Shown here: one piece after another, positions 1 through 10,170 of the stretch
How the letters are laid out: each line of letters begins with the position of its first letter
Position numbering within the stretch: the stretch's first letter is position 1
NCBI GenBank assembly: GCA_025060325.1
Contig: JANXBW010000014.1
Span: 13,860 to 77,859 of the forward strand
DNA length: 64,000 bases
Source: Thermoguttaceae bacterium
GTDB taxonomy: Bacteria; Planctomycetota; Planctomycetia; Pirellulales; Thermoguttaceae
Reading direction: 5' to 3'
Notes under the pieces: model-generated
Told to the model about the DNA's origin: nothing
Database searches by the model: none
The model's input: the letters and a program-made list of their open reading frames with translations, nothing else
Made by a program: the position numbers and the translations under genes

Positions 1-62
1 GACTTCCATGCTGGTGGAGGGAAGCCCCAAGGCACTGATGCTTTCCGGGACCGTCACACCTC

Positions 63-104
63 TTTATCGAAGCAAGTTGCGCGTTTATCGAAGCAAGTTG
101 CGCG
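63..104. repeat. Perfect tandem duplication of a 21-bp unit (tttatcgaagcaagttgcgcg x2)
   Basis: Read directly: the unit occupies 63-83 and 84-104 with no mismatch. The motif tcttt flanks the pair on both sides. It lies in an ORF-free region. Confidence 0.9.
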
Positions 105-885
105 TCTTTTAAGCGGATTGAGCCGGGAAAGATTCTGGCCGCGGCGACGACTTTCCGAGTTAAGTGCTCTCCGCATAGGGGCGCCTAAAGCCTCGAGGCG
201 AATCGCCTTAACCCGAGATTAACCCGGGTGATTAAGCCCGCCGAAGCCTTTAGCCTAGGAGACGTAACGAAAGATTGGGCGGTTGTCGCCGGACCTCGGG
301 CCAAGGACCCTTTCTTGCCTTTCCAAGGGCAAGTTAGGAGCCCGGGGAGATTTGCAGGTCGGTATTGCCGAAATTTTCCCGCTGCCAGTTTTCTTTTCTC
401 GTCGCAATTAACCCTGGTCGGGCCAAAGACCGTGCTCGACCGTTGGTGGTGGGTGACTCCACAAAAATCCCCGCTTACGCGTTCCAGGCAATTTCGGCAG
501 AATAGTTACAACCTGTACTCCCCTGGCGGATGTGGTGGCACCCCCTCCCCCGATCCGATATTCGTTACGTCAATAAATTACCCCACCAACTGGTAAGCCA
601 GGTAACCAAACCGGTGGGGAGGAGTTATCGTGTCGGGGCGCCGGGATTGCCACGGTGAAATTGTGTTGAAGGCGCGGCTTCCGCGGTTGATGCCCTACTT
701 TTCGGGCTAGGGCCTTAATCTTCACCCCTTAAGGTCTTGACACACGGACGCCGGGTTTGCCTCGCCCGTGCACCCGGTTGAGACCGGTCTCCTGTAATTA
801 CGGGAATTCTTTGGCGGAATGAGGGTGATTTTCCTAGGGGGTGTAACTACTCTAGGAGACCCAATGGCGGACAGAGGGTAGCACC

Positions 886-1755
886 ATGATGGGTCTATGT
901 GTCAGCCAACGGACGACTCCTCAGTGGTCTTTCGAGGAAGACGTCGTTTTCTACTCTGAGGCTGGGGTGACCGGGATCGGCCTTTGGCGAGGAAAACTGC
1001 TCCAGGTGGACGAGGAGAAAGCAAGCGAGCTTCTCTCTGGCTCGGCTCTCCGGCCGTTGTACTTAGATTGGGCGGGGGGTTTTACGGGGACGCATGGCTG
1101 GTCCTACCGCGCCGCCATGGAGGAGGCCATTCGTTATATCAACTGGGCAAGGCGGTGGGGGGCACAAATTGTCATCATCCACAGTGGGGAGCGCGGGAGA
1201 CATACTTTCAACCATTCCCGGCGGATCTTACGAGAGGCTCTCAAAGAGCTGGAGCCAGTGGCTAGGCAAAACGGTGTGTTCCTCGGGTTGGAGCCAGTTC
1301 ATCCCGCGGATCCCGAGAAGCTGACCTATCTCCAAAGGATCGAGGAAGCCCTGGAGTTTGTGGCAGTAGTGGGAGGGTCGCACGTAAAGATTGTGTATGA
1401 TCTGGGCCACCTCGGATTAGACCTCGAGGTCTTGCGGCGGTTAGACGAGTGGGTAAAGGAGCTAGCGCTGGTACAGGTAGCCGACATTCGGCTTGAAAAC
1501 GGGGAGCCGAGACGAGTTCCGCCCGGCAAAGGCGTGGTGCCGGTGGCCAAGATCCTCACCATGTTGAGAGAGGCTGGCTATAGCGGCCCCTTTGATGTGG
1601 AAATCTGGGGGCCGGAGGTTGCAAATTATTCCCCACATCAGCTCCTCGAAGAGGCAAAAAACTTTTTCCAGCACCAGATCTTCCCTACGTTTAACCCCGG
1701 CTCGGCTGCCTGCCCGAGCCCAATCGTCTCCTCGCCTCCGCGTTGGGAGGCCTAA
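886..1755 (+). CDS. Sugar phosphate isomerase/epimerase (xylose isomerase-like TIM-barrel family)
   Basis: 289-aa ORF with the layout typical of this family: GIGLW near the N-terminus, IVIIHSG, FLGLEPVHP, VYDLGHL and a FDVEIWG-type C-terminal strand. Assignment is by motif recognition only. Confidence 0.65.
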   Translation: MMGLCVSQRTTPQWSFEEDVVFYSEAGVTGIGLWRGKLLQVDEEKASELLSGSALRPLYLDWAGGFTGTHGWSYRAAMEEAIRYINWARRWGAQIVIIHSGERGRHTFNHSRRILREALKELEPVARQNGVFLGLEPVHPADPEKLTYLQRIEEALEFVAVVGGSHVKIVYDLGHLGLDLEVLRRLDEWVKELALVQVADIRLENGEPRRVPPGKGVVPVAKILTMLREAGYSGPFDVEIWGPEVANYSPHQLLEEAKNFFQHQIFPTFNPGSAACPSPIVSSPPRWEA

Positions 1756-2029
1756 GGGATACGACAAACCGTTTGTGCGATAAACTTTCTGTAACCCCGC
1801 TTATCCCTCCGTTTAATCGATTTCCGAACTGCGTGACAGTCTTCCGCCATTCTCCACTGTGGGGAACGCTTGCTACCTCGCGGTAGCACCGCTAATGACC
1901 GGGGAAAAGACCCGAAGGAGCTGGCCGGACAGGAGGGGCTTTTCGGTTAGAATTTGATTTTTGCAGAAGCGAGCCGGTTGCAAAACCCGTTCAGTTCAAC
2001 CCAGATGCAGGTATTGATGAGCTATTGGA

Positions 2030-3094
2030 ATGCGGCGTGGCAAGAAAAACACCCGGCCGAGGGGGCGCGAGAGACCCTCGATGCCGTCGGTAAACGAGAA
2101 TGAAGTGGTCGAAAAGCCAACTCAGCGGCAGCCCCAGGATTACATTGTTCGCTTTGGGGCGATGCGGCATTTGGGGGTCTTTACCTGGAACAAGCCCGAG
2201 CCTCTCGCTCGCTGGACCGAGGTGATTGTTCGCACCGACCGGGGAACGGAAATAGGGGTGGTTCTTCGCCGGGCAGAGTCAGCAGCTTTCGAGGCCCTCG
2301 GCGACGCCAAGCCCTCAGCTCGAGGCTCTATCCTCCGGGTGATGACCGAGGCTGATCGGGCGGAGGCGCGACGGATCGCGGAGCGAGAAAAGGCAGAGCT
2401 TGCGACTTGCGCTCGGTATGTGGCGGCTGGTAATCTCCCCATGAAGCTGGTGCGAGTGGAGCACCTTTTCGGCGGGGAACGGATAATTGTCTATTTCCGG
2501 GCAGCGGAGAGGGTCGATTTTCGGCAGTTAGTTCGGCAATTGGCTCGGGAATTCCGTACCCGCATTGAAATGCGCCAAATCGGCGTGCGGGACGAGGCCC
2601 GACTTTTGGCCGACTACGGAGATTGCGGCCATCCGGTTTGTTGCAATACGCATTTGGTTATCATCCCTCCTATCTCGATGCACATGGCGAAGGTTCAGCG
2701 GTCCACGCTGGATCCGACGAAGATTTCTGGCCGATGCGGCCGCCTGAAATGCTGCCTCCGGTATGAATACGAAACCTATCAGTCGCTGTTGCAGCAATGT
2801 CCTCCCATCGGGGCAGAGGTACGCTGCAGCGAAGGTCAAGGACGGGTTGTTGGCCAGGAGCTGCTGAAGGAGCAAGTTTGGGTGGAAATCGAAGGCAGGG
2901 GAAGAAAACTCGTGCCGATTGCCGGCATTGAAGTTCTCGCCTTGCCAGAAGAGGCCGAAGAATTGGAGGTGGCGGCTCAGGAAGAGGCAGAGGAGTCCAT
3001 AGAGGTAGAGAGCGGCGACTTCGCCAATGGGCCCCAGCCGCCGGAGGGTTCGTGGACAGAGGCCCTGCCTGAAACCCCCGAAATGGAGGATTAG
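2030..3094 (+). CDS. PSP1 domain protein (RicT/YaaT-like)
   Basis: Contains the characteristic Cys-rich PSP1 core: DYGDCGHPVCCNTHL ... GRCGRLKCCLRYEYETY. The C-terminal tail is acidic. The true start may be the internal Met at about 2078. Confidence 0.8.
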   Translation: MRRGKKNTRPRGRERPSMPSVNENEVVEKPTQRQPQDYIVRFGAMRHLGVFTWNKPEPLARWTEVIVRTDRGTEIGVVLRRAESAAFEALGDAKPSARGSILRVMTEADRAEARRIAEREKAELATCARYVAAGNLPMKLVRVEHLFGGERIIVYFRAAERVDFRQLVRQLAREFRTRIEMRQIGVRDEARLLADYGDCGHPVCCNTHLVIIPPISMHMAKVQRSTLDPTKISGRCGRLKCCLRYEYETYQSLLQQCPPIGAEVRCSEGQGRVVGQELLKEQVWVEIEGRGRKLVPIAGIEVLALPEEAEELEVAAQEEAEESIEVESGDFANGPQPPEGSWTEALPETPEMED

Positions 3095-3673
3095 TTTGAG
3101 CCGTTCGGGTGGGCCGGAGGGGCTGCGATTCGTACCGCCCGCTTCGGGCACAGGTTGGCGGCGCTAATGCGGGTTTGAGTTTGAGAGCCCGATTTAACCT
3201 AGGGACGCGACGCCCAGTTTTTGGACCGGTAGGCGTGCCTCCCCCGCCGGCCAGGGCGGTATCAAAAGCCGCCGGCTAACTTGGGAAAAGGAATCCCGCC
3301 CTTGCCGGGGAAGAGTGTTGGGAGCCGGCTCACCCGTGGAATTGCGGGCGGCAGTTTGCGCCATCGGGTGTGAACTTCTTTGGCAAAGGACTTTGGCGAG
3401 AAAAGCTTGCCTGATTTGCGAGCCTACCATACTTTGACCAATGTAATTTTTGCCCGGCCCCTTTGGGCCGAAGCAGATCGGGCTTAGTATGAGCACCGGC
3501 TGACCCCGGCTAGCACGGTGACCCATCGGCTTTGCAGTGGGAGTGGTCGGCGGCGAAGATCGGTGCTCAGCTCGACCCTTGAAGTTGTCTACGTGAGAAC
3601 GGGTAACCCTCACATTCGCCTTTGTAAGGTAGCTCTTTAACCTGCCCATTGGAAAATTCTTTGCGAGTGCAGG

Positions 3674-4159
3674 ATGTCGGATGCTTTAGATGATCTACGA
3701 ACGCTGGCTCAGACAGATCCGCGGTATAAGCTGGAGGCCTACCTATTTGTTTTTGAAGCACTCGCTTATGCTCAGGAAGTTTTAGGGCTTGGCCGGCTTT
3801 GTCCGAGCGAGCCATTGCCCGGAGAGGCTCCTGGTCCGGAATTGGCGGAGCCGCAAAAGCACGTGACAGGGCAGGAGCTGTGTGAAGCGGCCCGGCTCTA
3901 TGCTTTGGAGCGTTATGGGTTGATGGCCAAGGCTGTGCTCAATAGCTGGGGGATTCGTTCGACAAGCGATTTTGGCGAAATCGTTTTTAACCTGATTCGC
4001 TGTGGGCGGATGCGGAAGACGCGGGAAGACCGCCGGGAAGACTTCGACAACGTGTACAACTTTGAGGAGGCATTTCAAGTCGAGATTGGGTTGTTGATGG
4101 ATGGCCCTTCCAGGCTGCGTTCCACCCACAAGCCGGAGGCGGAAGACAATCGAGCATGA
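3674..4159 (+). CDS. Conserved hypothetical protein (possibly Minf_1886/TIGR04138-like)
   Basis: 161-aa ORF with protein-like composition (YKLEAYLFVFEALAYAQ, HVTGQELCEAARLYALERYG, FGEIVFNLI). The family name is recalled from memory and not verified. Confidence 0.5.
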   Translation: MSDALDDLRTLAQTDPRYKLEAYLFVFEALAYAQEVLGLGRLCPSEPLPGEAPGPELAEPQKHVTGQELCEAARLYALERYGLMAKAVLNSWGIRSTSDFGEIVFNLIRCGRMRKTREDRREDFDNVYNFEEAFQVEIGLLMDGPSRLRSTHKPEAEDNRA

Positions 4160-4392
4160 GTAAATCGTCGCGAAAGAGGCCCGCCTACCACAAAAAAGAG
4201 CAGCCGGCCGCCAAAGAAAGCAAGTCTCCGGGCGGCCGAGCTGAAACCGTTCCAGCCTCCGTTGCACCGAGCAATGATGTCCGCCGTCCGACTCGTGGGG
4301 ATTGGATATTCCTTCTCGTTACCGGAAGTCTGCTAGTATTGTGGATCATTTTTCTGGCTGCCCTAGCAGTGTGGACTGGCCGCTGGGGTTAA
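4156..4392 (+). CDS. Small basic protein with one C-terminal transmembrane helix (hypothetical)
   Basis: The start overlaps the upstream stop (ATGA at 4156-4159), suggesting translational coupling. The N-terminus is Lys/Arg-rich and is followed by WIFLLVTGSLLVLWIIFLAALAVW. Confidence 0.4.
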   Translation: MSKSSRKRPAYHKKEQPAAKESKSPGGRAETVPASVAPSNDVRRPTRGDWIFLLVTGSLLVLWIIFLAALAVWTGRWG

Positions 4393-4407
4393 GCTCCGTC
4401 CAACGTC

Positions 4408-6219
4408 ATGGCAAGTAAGGGCCTGCCTATGAAATCCACCGCTATTTTGCCAATCGCCAGAGCTCTTCCGATCCTTGTGGGCGCATGGATCGGCATGGCG
4501 TTTTGCCTGCTTGGGTCCCACAGCGTGGCAAACGATAGCTCGACCCAAGAGCCGGTTCTTATCTTTGTGAACGGAAAAATTGTGACTGTTGACAAAGATT
4601 TTTCCGTGGCGGAGGCAATGGCCATTCAAGGAGAGAGGATCATTGCAGTGGGGCCGCAAGCCGAGGTGCACAAATTGGCGGCCGAGGCGGGCCCGGTCCA
4701 GGCCACAGTGGACTTGGCGGGGCGGATGGTTCTCCCCGGTCTGATCGATACGCATGTTCATCCGCCTGGGGCCTCTGTTTTTGAATTTGACCACCCTGTG
4801 CCTGCTATGGAGTCGGTTGCCGATGTGCTGGCCTATATCCGCCAGCGGGCTTCTGTGCTGCCGGAAGGTCAGTGGATCCGCATACAGCAGGTATTTATCA
4901 CTCGGTTGCGGGAACGGCGGTATCCCACCCGCCAGGAGCTTGACGAGGCAGCCCCACGCCATCCGGTGGTCTTTCGTACAGGTCCGGATGCGGTTCTCAA
5001 CTCGCTTGCCCTGCAACTATGTGGGATCACTAAGGACTTTGAAATCCGCGACGGTCTGCCCGGCAAGATCGAACGCGATCCCGTCACGGGCGAGCCGACC
5101 GGCGTGTTGAGAAATTGCGCTCGTTTTATCAAATATCAATCCCCCGAGCGGTCACCCGGGTTTGAAGATCGGGTGAATGCCCTTCGGCAACTCCTTGCGG
5201 CTTATAACGAGGTGGGCATCACGAGCGTTGTGGACCGAAGCGTCGGCGAAGGGAGCATAGAGCTTTATCAAACCCTTCTTAATCGCGGACAATTAACGTG
5301 CCGAGTGTTTCTGACGTATTACGTCAACGCTCAAGGCTCATGGGAGGGGATCGAAAAGGGTGTTCAGTTTGTCAAGTCGCATCCGTTAAACCAGTATAAC
5401 CCGTGGCTGTGGCTGCGGGGCATTAAGTTCTTTTTGGACGGCGGGATGCTCACCGGCAGCGCGTACATGAAAGAACCTTGGGGAGTCAGTCAGATTTACT
5501 CGATTGATGATCCTGAGTATCGAGGCGTTTTGTTTGTCGAACCAGAGCCCCTGGCCAAACTTGTTCGCTATATCCTCGAGAATGATCTTCAACCTACCGC
5601 CCACTGTGTCGGTGACGGGGCCGTAGAAGCCCTGGTAAACGCCTACGTTAAGGCGGCTAATGTTATCTCACTAAGGGAGAAACGCCCGTGTTTGTCTCAC
5701 GCCAATTTCATGACTCCGGAGGCGATTCGGCTCATGGCCGAACACGGGATCGTGGCAGACATGCAGCCGGTGTGGCTTTTTTTAGATGGGCAGACGCTGC
5801 AGGAACATTTTGGGCAAAAGCGACTTCGTTACTTCCAGCCGTATCGCACACTCTTTGACCAGGGGGTCACGGTGGCCGGCGGATCCGATCATATGCAGAA
5901 GATCGGCCGATACCGCGCGATCAATTCCTACGACCCGTTCTTAGGCATGTGGACGGCTATAACTCGTTTGCCCCGCGGCAGCGATCAGCCTTTGCATCCG
6001 GAAGAAAGCCTCAGCCGAGCGGAGGCCATCCGGCTTTATACAATCAACGGGGCTTACTTGACATTCGAGGAGAAGATCAAAGGATCCCTGGAACCGGGCA
6101 AGCTAGCCGACTTCATAGTCCTGGATCGAGATATCCTCACCTGCCCCGTCGACGAAATCAAAGATACCAAAGTCCTGGAGACCTGGGTCGGGGGTAAGTG
6201 CGTCTATCGCGCCCAGTGA
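4408..6219 (+). CDS. Amidohydrolase family protein (amidohydrolase_3 / YtcJ-like metal-dependent hydrolase), secreted
   Basis: 603 aa with an N-terminal signal-like segment. Carries the HxH metal motif GLIDTHVHP, a FFLDGG segment and AGGSDH near the C-terminus. Confidence 0.8.
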   Translation: MASKGLPMKSTAILPIARALPILVGAWIGMAFCLLGSHSVANDSSTQEPVLIFVNGKIVTVDKDFSVAEAMAIQGERIIAVGPQAEVHKLAAEAGPVQATVDLAGRMVLPGLIDTHVHPPGASVFEFDHPVPAMESVADVLAYIRQRASVLPEGQWIRIQQVFITRLRERRYPTRQELDEAAPRHPVVFRTGPDAVLNSLALQLCGITKDFEIRDGLPGKIERDPVTGEPTGVLRNCARFIKYQSPERSPGFEDRVNALRQLLAAYNEVGITSVVDRSVGEGSIELYQTLLNRGQLTCRVFLTYYVNAQGSWEGIEKGVQFVKSHPLNQYNPWLWLRGIKFFLDGGMLTGSAYMKEPWGVSQIYSIDDPEYRGVLFVEPEPLAKLVRYILENDLQPTAHCVGDGAVEALVNAYVKAANVISLREKRPCLSHANFMTPEAIRLMAEHGIVADMQPVWLFLDGQTLQEHFGQKRLRYFQPYRTLFDQGVTVAGGSDHMQKIGRYRAINSYDPFLGMWTAITRLPRGSDQPLHPEESLSRAEAIRLYTINGAYLTFEEKIKGSLEPGKLADFIVLDRDILTCPVDEIKDTKVLETWVGGKCVYRAQ

Positions 6220-6285
6220 CAGCTTAAGCTTTGCCAAGGCTTCAATCCCGGACCGTGGGATGGGGGTTCGAAAAAGGGCATGTAG

Positions 6286-6303
6286 GCTCCCGTTTACGGG
6301 AGC
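6286..6303. other. Perfect 7-bp stem / 4-nt loop inverted repeat (gctcccg-ttta-cgggagc)
   Basis: Read directly. It lies 67 nt downstream of the amidohydrolase stop codon. No T-run follows, so terminator function is uncertain. Confidence 0.3.
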
Positions 6304-7092
6304 GAATCCGCATGGAGGTGGCGCACGCCCCCAAAGGGCGGATTTGCTCGCGTGATCGTTACTGTGCGCCAACCAAGTACTCGGCTTTATTGCAAAGAAA
6401 ATAACCAATCCGCCTGGCCGGCGCTTGGGAGGCGGCTCGGAGCGCGGGTTTTCCCGCTGAAACGTGGGAAGAACTGCCAACCTGCCTTGGAGCAGGTAAG
6501 ATCCCCCCGGGGGAGTTCTCCAAAAGTGAGATCTGGACTGGCCCCCACTTACTGGGGGTTGAACCATCCGGAATTGAGGCTACCATAGGCGGTAGTTAGT
6601 GGGCCGCGACATTCAGGCAGCTGTCCGCAGGGTACCGTTCTTGGGAAATATTTCGGTGAGCCTGGGGCTAGCGTTTCCCAGGGGGCGGGCCAAGCTTTTG
6701 CTAGCCCGATTTGATCGATCCCATTTCTTACGTTAAGAGCCGTAAGCGGAGGGTTGGGCGGATCTATTTCAGGAAGTATGTCCTTGCCTCGTTCTTTGAA
6801 CCGGAGTTTGGCGGGGCGAGTAAATTCACATGGGGCTACACGGGTGCCGTGTTATGCCCGCAGAGGCGGAAAGGGAGCTCTTTCAAGCTGCCGGTTCTCC
6901 AAGCGCTAGCATTTTTTGGGGCTAAGTAATAAAGCAAACCGTGGAGAGGGTGGTAGTTCCCGACCACTGAACCAGGCTTTCGCCTCGGGACGTCGGGCTT
7001 TTGTCCGATACGCCAGTATCCTCGGCCGCTTGGGTTGAAGGCGGCCGGCGGGACTGGGGTTGGCGGACGCCTCGATGGGAAAGGGTAGGTTT

Positions 7093-7311
7093 ATGGCCAA
7101 GGAGAAGGGAATCGAGGTAAACGGTGTTGTGACCGAAGCTTTGGCAAACACTCGGTTTCGGGTGAAATTGGACACTGGTCACGAAGTCCTCGCCCATGTG
7201 GCGGGGAAGATGCGTAAGAACTTTATCCGCATCGTGCCCGGCGATCGCGTGACGGTGGAGCTATCCCCATATGATCTGACCCGCGGTCGCATCACCTACC
7301 GTGAGCGTTAA
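7093..7311 (+). CDS. infA: Translation initiation factor IF-1
   Basis: [72 protein letters not shown] is a full-length 72-aa IF-1. The ORF-track start at 7060 is probably too far upstream. Confidence 0.95.
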   Translation: MAKEKGIEVNGVVTEALANTRFRVKLDTGHEVLAHVAGKMRKNFIRIVPGDRVTVELSPYDLTRGRITYRER

Positions 7312-7666
7312 CCCTCGTCCGTTTTGTTCTCTCCGACATAGGCCCAACCTACTCCAATGATTGATGGGCTAAAGCCGGCGTGAGGGCGGACCGGCCGAAG
7401 GGAGGAGGTTGTGCCCGCAGGATCCCTGAGCCGACTGACGCTGAGGGAACCTGGCCTTTTGTTTTCTTTTGCTGGCCATGACTTTGACGGCAGTTTCCCC
7501 TGCGGGGAAGACTGGCTCGTCTAGTAGACGACCTGGCACTAAAATGGGACGCAACTGGGCTCGGCTTATTCGGAACTATCGTCCCGCGGGGGAAGGGCGA
7601 CTCGGTCTTCTTCCTGTAGCGCTTTAGGTGTTTCCACTCACATTTCATCAACAAGGGAGTTGGGTT

Positions 7667-9490
7667 ATGCTAACGGTTCCCTGGTCGCGAAGGATTGTCG
7701 TCGGCCTTTGGCTATCTCTGGGGTGGGTGGCAGCTTACGCTTTTGCTCAAGAGTTTAAGCCTCACGTTGTGGTGTCCGTGGCCAGTTATGACGAGCTAAA
7801 AGCGGACCTTCGGTATTTGGGTGGTCTTTTCGGCAACGCACAGATCGCCGACGCCTTTGAGGGGCTGATCTTGATGAGCACTCGCGGTCAGGGACTTCTG
7901 GTCTGGGACCGCACTCGGCGATGGGGAATGGCCCTGCAGATCCCGGAAGCAGACGTCTCCCAGAGCCTATCGGGCGAGATGCCCGGTGTGTTTATCCTCC
8001 CTGTAACGAATTTGAAACAGTTCCTTACGGCCATTGAGGGGCTTGTGGGGGCGGCTGAAGAAGTGAGTGCTGGTGTCTATCGCGTGTCACCGCCAGATCA
8101 GGAGCCGGTTTTCTTCCAGTCCAAAGGGCGGTGGGTAGTAGCCACTCAACAGCGCGACCTTCTCCGAAAATTGCCCGCGGATCCGGGCAAGCTCCTGGAA
8201 GGTGCGGGAACCCAGTATGACCTGGTCTTTCGGCTCAATTTCGGGGCGCTTCCGTCAGCCGCTCAAGAAGCCCTTGTAGAGCAGCTAAAGAGAGAGATGC
8301 AACAGGGGCTGATTCAGGCTCCCACGGAAAGTGATGAGCAGTTCCGAAGGCGCCAGGCAGCCGTCGAGAGCTTTTTGGCGTGGGTCGAGGATGGCTACAC
8401 CGAAGTGGACGAACTTGCCGTTGGATTGAGGATTGACCGTGCGCGCCGTGCGGCGAGGACCGATTTGTTGGTCACTGTTTTGCCTGGTAGTGCTGGGGAG
8501 CGGGCCCTGAAGCAACTTGCTCCAGAAAAGTCCACTTGGAGCCGGGTAGCCGAACTTAATCCAACATTGCTTTTCGGTTCGTCGGTCAAGGTAAGTGGTC
8601 CGGTCGCCGAGGATTTGCGGCTGGCGCTCGAGGACCTTCGCAAACAGGCACTGGCTGAGGCCGAAGAGGAGGCAGATCAGGAGGAGGTTTCCCTCCGGCA
8701 GAGTTTGGTAAACCATCTCTTCGATGCTTTGTCGGAGTTAGCTAAACAACCCAACTGGGACTGGATCTTGGCTTTGTGGACAAAGCCTGGCGAACCGCTG
8801 GCCCTATTTGCTGCCCGGACCGCGGAGGTGACTCAGGTCAACCGGTTGCTGCGGGAAATTGCCCGCTCGGTCGAGAAAAGGTCAGAGCTTGAGGCTGTCG
8901 TGGAACCGGAGCTGGCCGTCGAGGGCGATGTTACGCTCCATCGCATCCGCCTTAAGATCCCTAAGGACGAAGAGAATCGCGAAAAACTTGTTGAATTCTT
9001 GGGCCAAGAAGAAGTCGAATTGGCTGCCGGCGTTGGCTCCGACAGGGTTATTTTGGCCGCTGGGGTCAAAGCGATTGATCGCATCCGGGAAGTGCTCAAC
9101 CTGAGACCTTCCTCCGATTCTCAGCCGGAAAAAGTTTCATGGCTGACGATGGAGGTGGGTGGTCTTGCCGAGATGGGGGTTTACTTTGGCGAGGAATCCT
9201 CTGAGCAGCGGAACCAGGCAGCCCAAGTAGCCGAGGCAGCCAAGAAGTTAGGCGTCCCGGCCCGGCTAGAAATTTCGGTCTTGACCGTTCCCCGAGGCCT
9301 CGGCATTGGCAGCGAGATCAACGAGGGATTCCTTAAGCTCATTCTTCAGCTGCAGCAGGCTCAGGCAATTAAGCCTGTACCCATTCCGACACCTGGGCCT
9401 GTCCCGGCACCTCCGATACCGCCCGGTGCAGCACCCCCATCGCGACCGGAGTTTAGGCTGCCTCCGTCGATTATGAATCCGATACGGTAA
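7667..9490 (+). CDS. Secreted hypothetical protein with Pro-rich C-terminus
   Basis: ATG at 7667 is preceded by aagggag. The signal-like N-terminus is RRIVVGLWLSLGWVAAYAFAQE. The body has protein-like composition and acidic coiled segments. The C-terminus is PVPIPTPGPVPAPPIPPGAAPP. I recognise no family. Confidence 0.6.
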   Translation: MLTVPWSRRIVVGLWLSLGWVAAYAFAQEFKPHVVVSVASYDELKADLRYLGGLFGNAQIADAFEGLILMSTRGQGLLVWDRTRRWGMALQIPEADVSQSLSGEMPGVFILPVTNLKQFLTAIEGLVGAAEEVSAGVYRVSPPDQEPVFFQSKGRWVVATQQRDLLRKLPADPGKLLEGAGTQYDLVFRLNFGALPSAAQEALVEQLKREMQQGLIQAPTESDEQFRRRQAAVESFLAWVEDGYTEVDELAVGLRIDRARRAARTDLLVTVLPGSAGERALKQLAPEKSTWSRVAELNPTLLFGSSVKVSGPVAEDLRLALEDLRKQALAEAEEEADQEEVSLRQSLVNHLFDALSELAKQPNWDWILALWTKPGEPLALFAARTAEVTQVNRLLREIARSVEKRSELEAVVEPELAVEGDVTLHRIRLKIPKDEENREKLVEFLGQEEVELAAGVGSDRVILAAGVKAIDRIREVLNLRPSSDSQPEKVSWLTMEVGGLAEMGVYFGEESSEQRNQAAQVAEAAKKLGVPARLEISVLTVPRGLGIGSEINEGFLKLILQLQQAQAIKPVPIPTPGPVPAPPIPPGAAPPSRPEFRLPPSIMNPIR

Positions 9491-9802
9491 AGAGCGGGTA
9501 CCGAAGTCCACAGGTTGCCTGACGGCCCGATGATACGGCTGGGATAGTTTCAGAGCGAGCATCGGGGACGAGTCGGCCGGTGTGTTCCCGGCCGCTAACA
9601 CACAATTACAAAAGTCCCACCATAATGCGGCCCGGATTTAACCCACGTTTTGATAGCGGGCTCCGCGGGTTTTTGTCTAATGGCCAAGACCTGCGAACGA
9701 GGTCCTATCCATCCGGGGGCGTTACGGAGGCTTTCAAGCCAGCTTGTGGATGCCTCGGGTTAAGACGTCGTTACCCCGCTCCGGCCGGATGGAGCCTACT
9801 GC

Positions 9803-9832
9803 CCGAGGTGGGCATCGTACCGGCCACCTCGG
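9803..9832. other. Perfect 9-bp inverted repeat (ccgaggtgg ... ccacctcgg, 12-nt loop)
   Basis: Read directly, inside the 680-nt ORF-free gap between convergent genes. A second 7-bp stem is present (caaacga 10063-10069 / tcgtttg 10078-10084). Confidence 0.3.
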
Positions 9833-10170
9833 TTGCCCCGCGCGGTTGGACCTTAGGCGCTACGAGGCTTCCAGACTGTCGTCGGTTTCGTCGAGGGGAA
9901 CGTACCCTCGCACATACCGTGAATGCATAACCGGGCCGGTCCCCGGGCTAAATTAACCCCCCGGACGCGCGGACTTGCCGGCTTGATCCAGCCCGGAAAC
10001 CCAGGGGCTCTCCATTTACCCCCGCATGCGCGGACACCGGCAAGAGACGGGTTGGCCGGGAGCAAACGAACCCGCCATCGTTTGTCGCGGTTGAACTATC
10101 GATTTGCGCGGGTGTTGGAGATAGCCTCCTAACCGACTTGAATGAGTTCAGCCGGTCGGGCACGCGAGGC

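Noticed and set aside
228-596. 122-aa ORF at the window start
   Set aside because: It has Pro/Arg/Ser/Gly-rich, non-globular composition, no RBS and no family resemblance.
2528-3151. 207-aa minus-strand ORF
   Set aside because: It is antisense to the PSP1-domain gene and has no motifs. The same reasoning applies to 4363-5016 (antisense to the amidohydrolase), 15071-15550, 16343-16822 and similar ORFs.
9491-10170. tmRNA or RNase P RNA in the convergent spacer
   Set aside because: I checked both strands by eye. There is no GGTTCGA-type T-arm, no acceptor-like pairing of the ends, and no tag ORF ending in a hydrophobic Ala-rich tail. The RNase P P4 motifs GGAAAGTCCGGGC and ACAGAACCCGGC are also absent.
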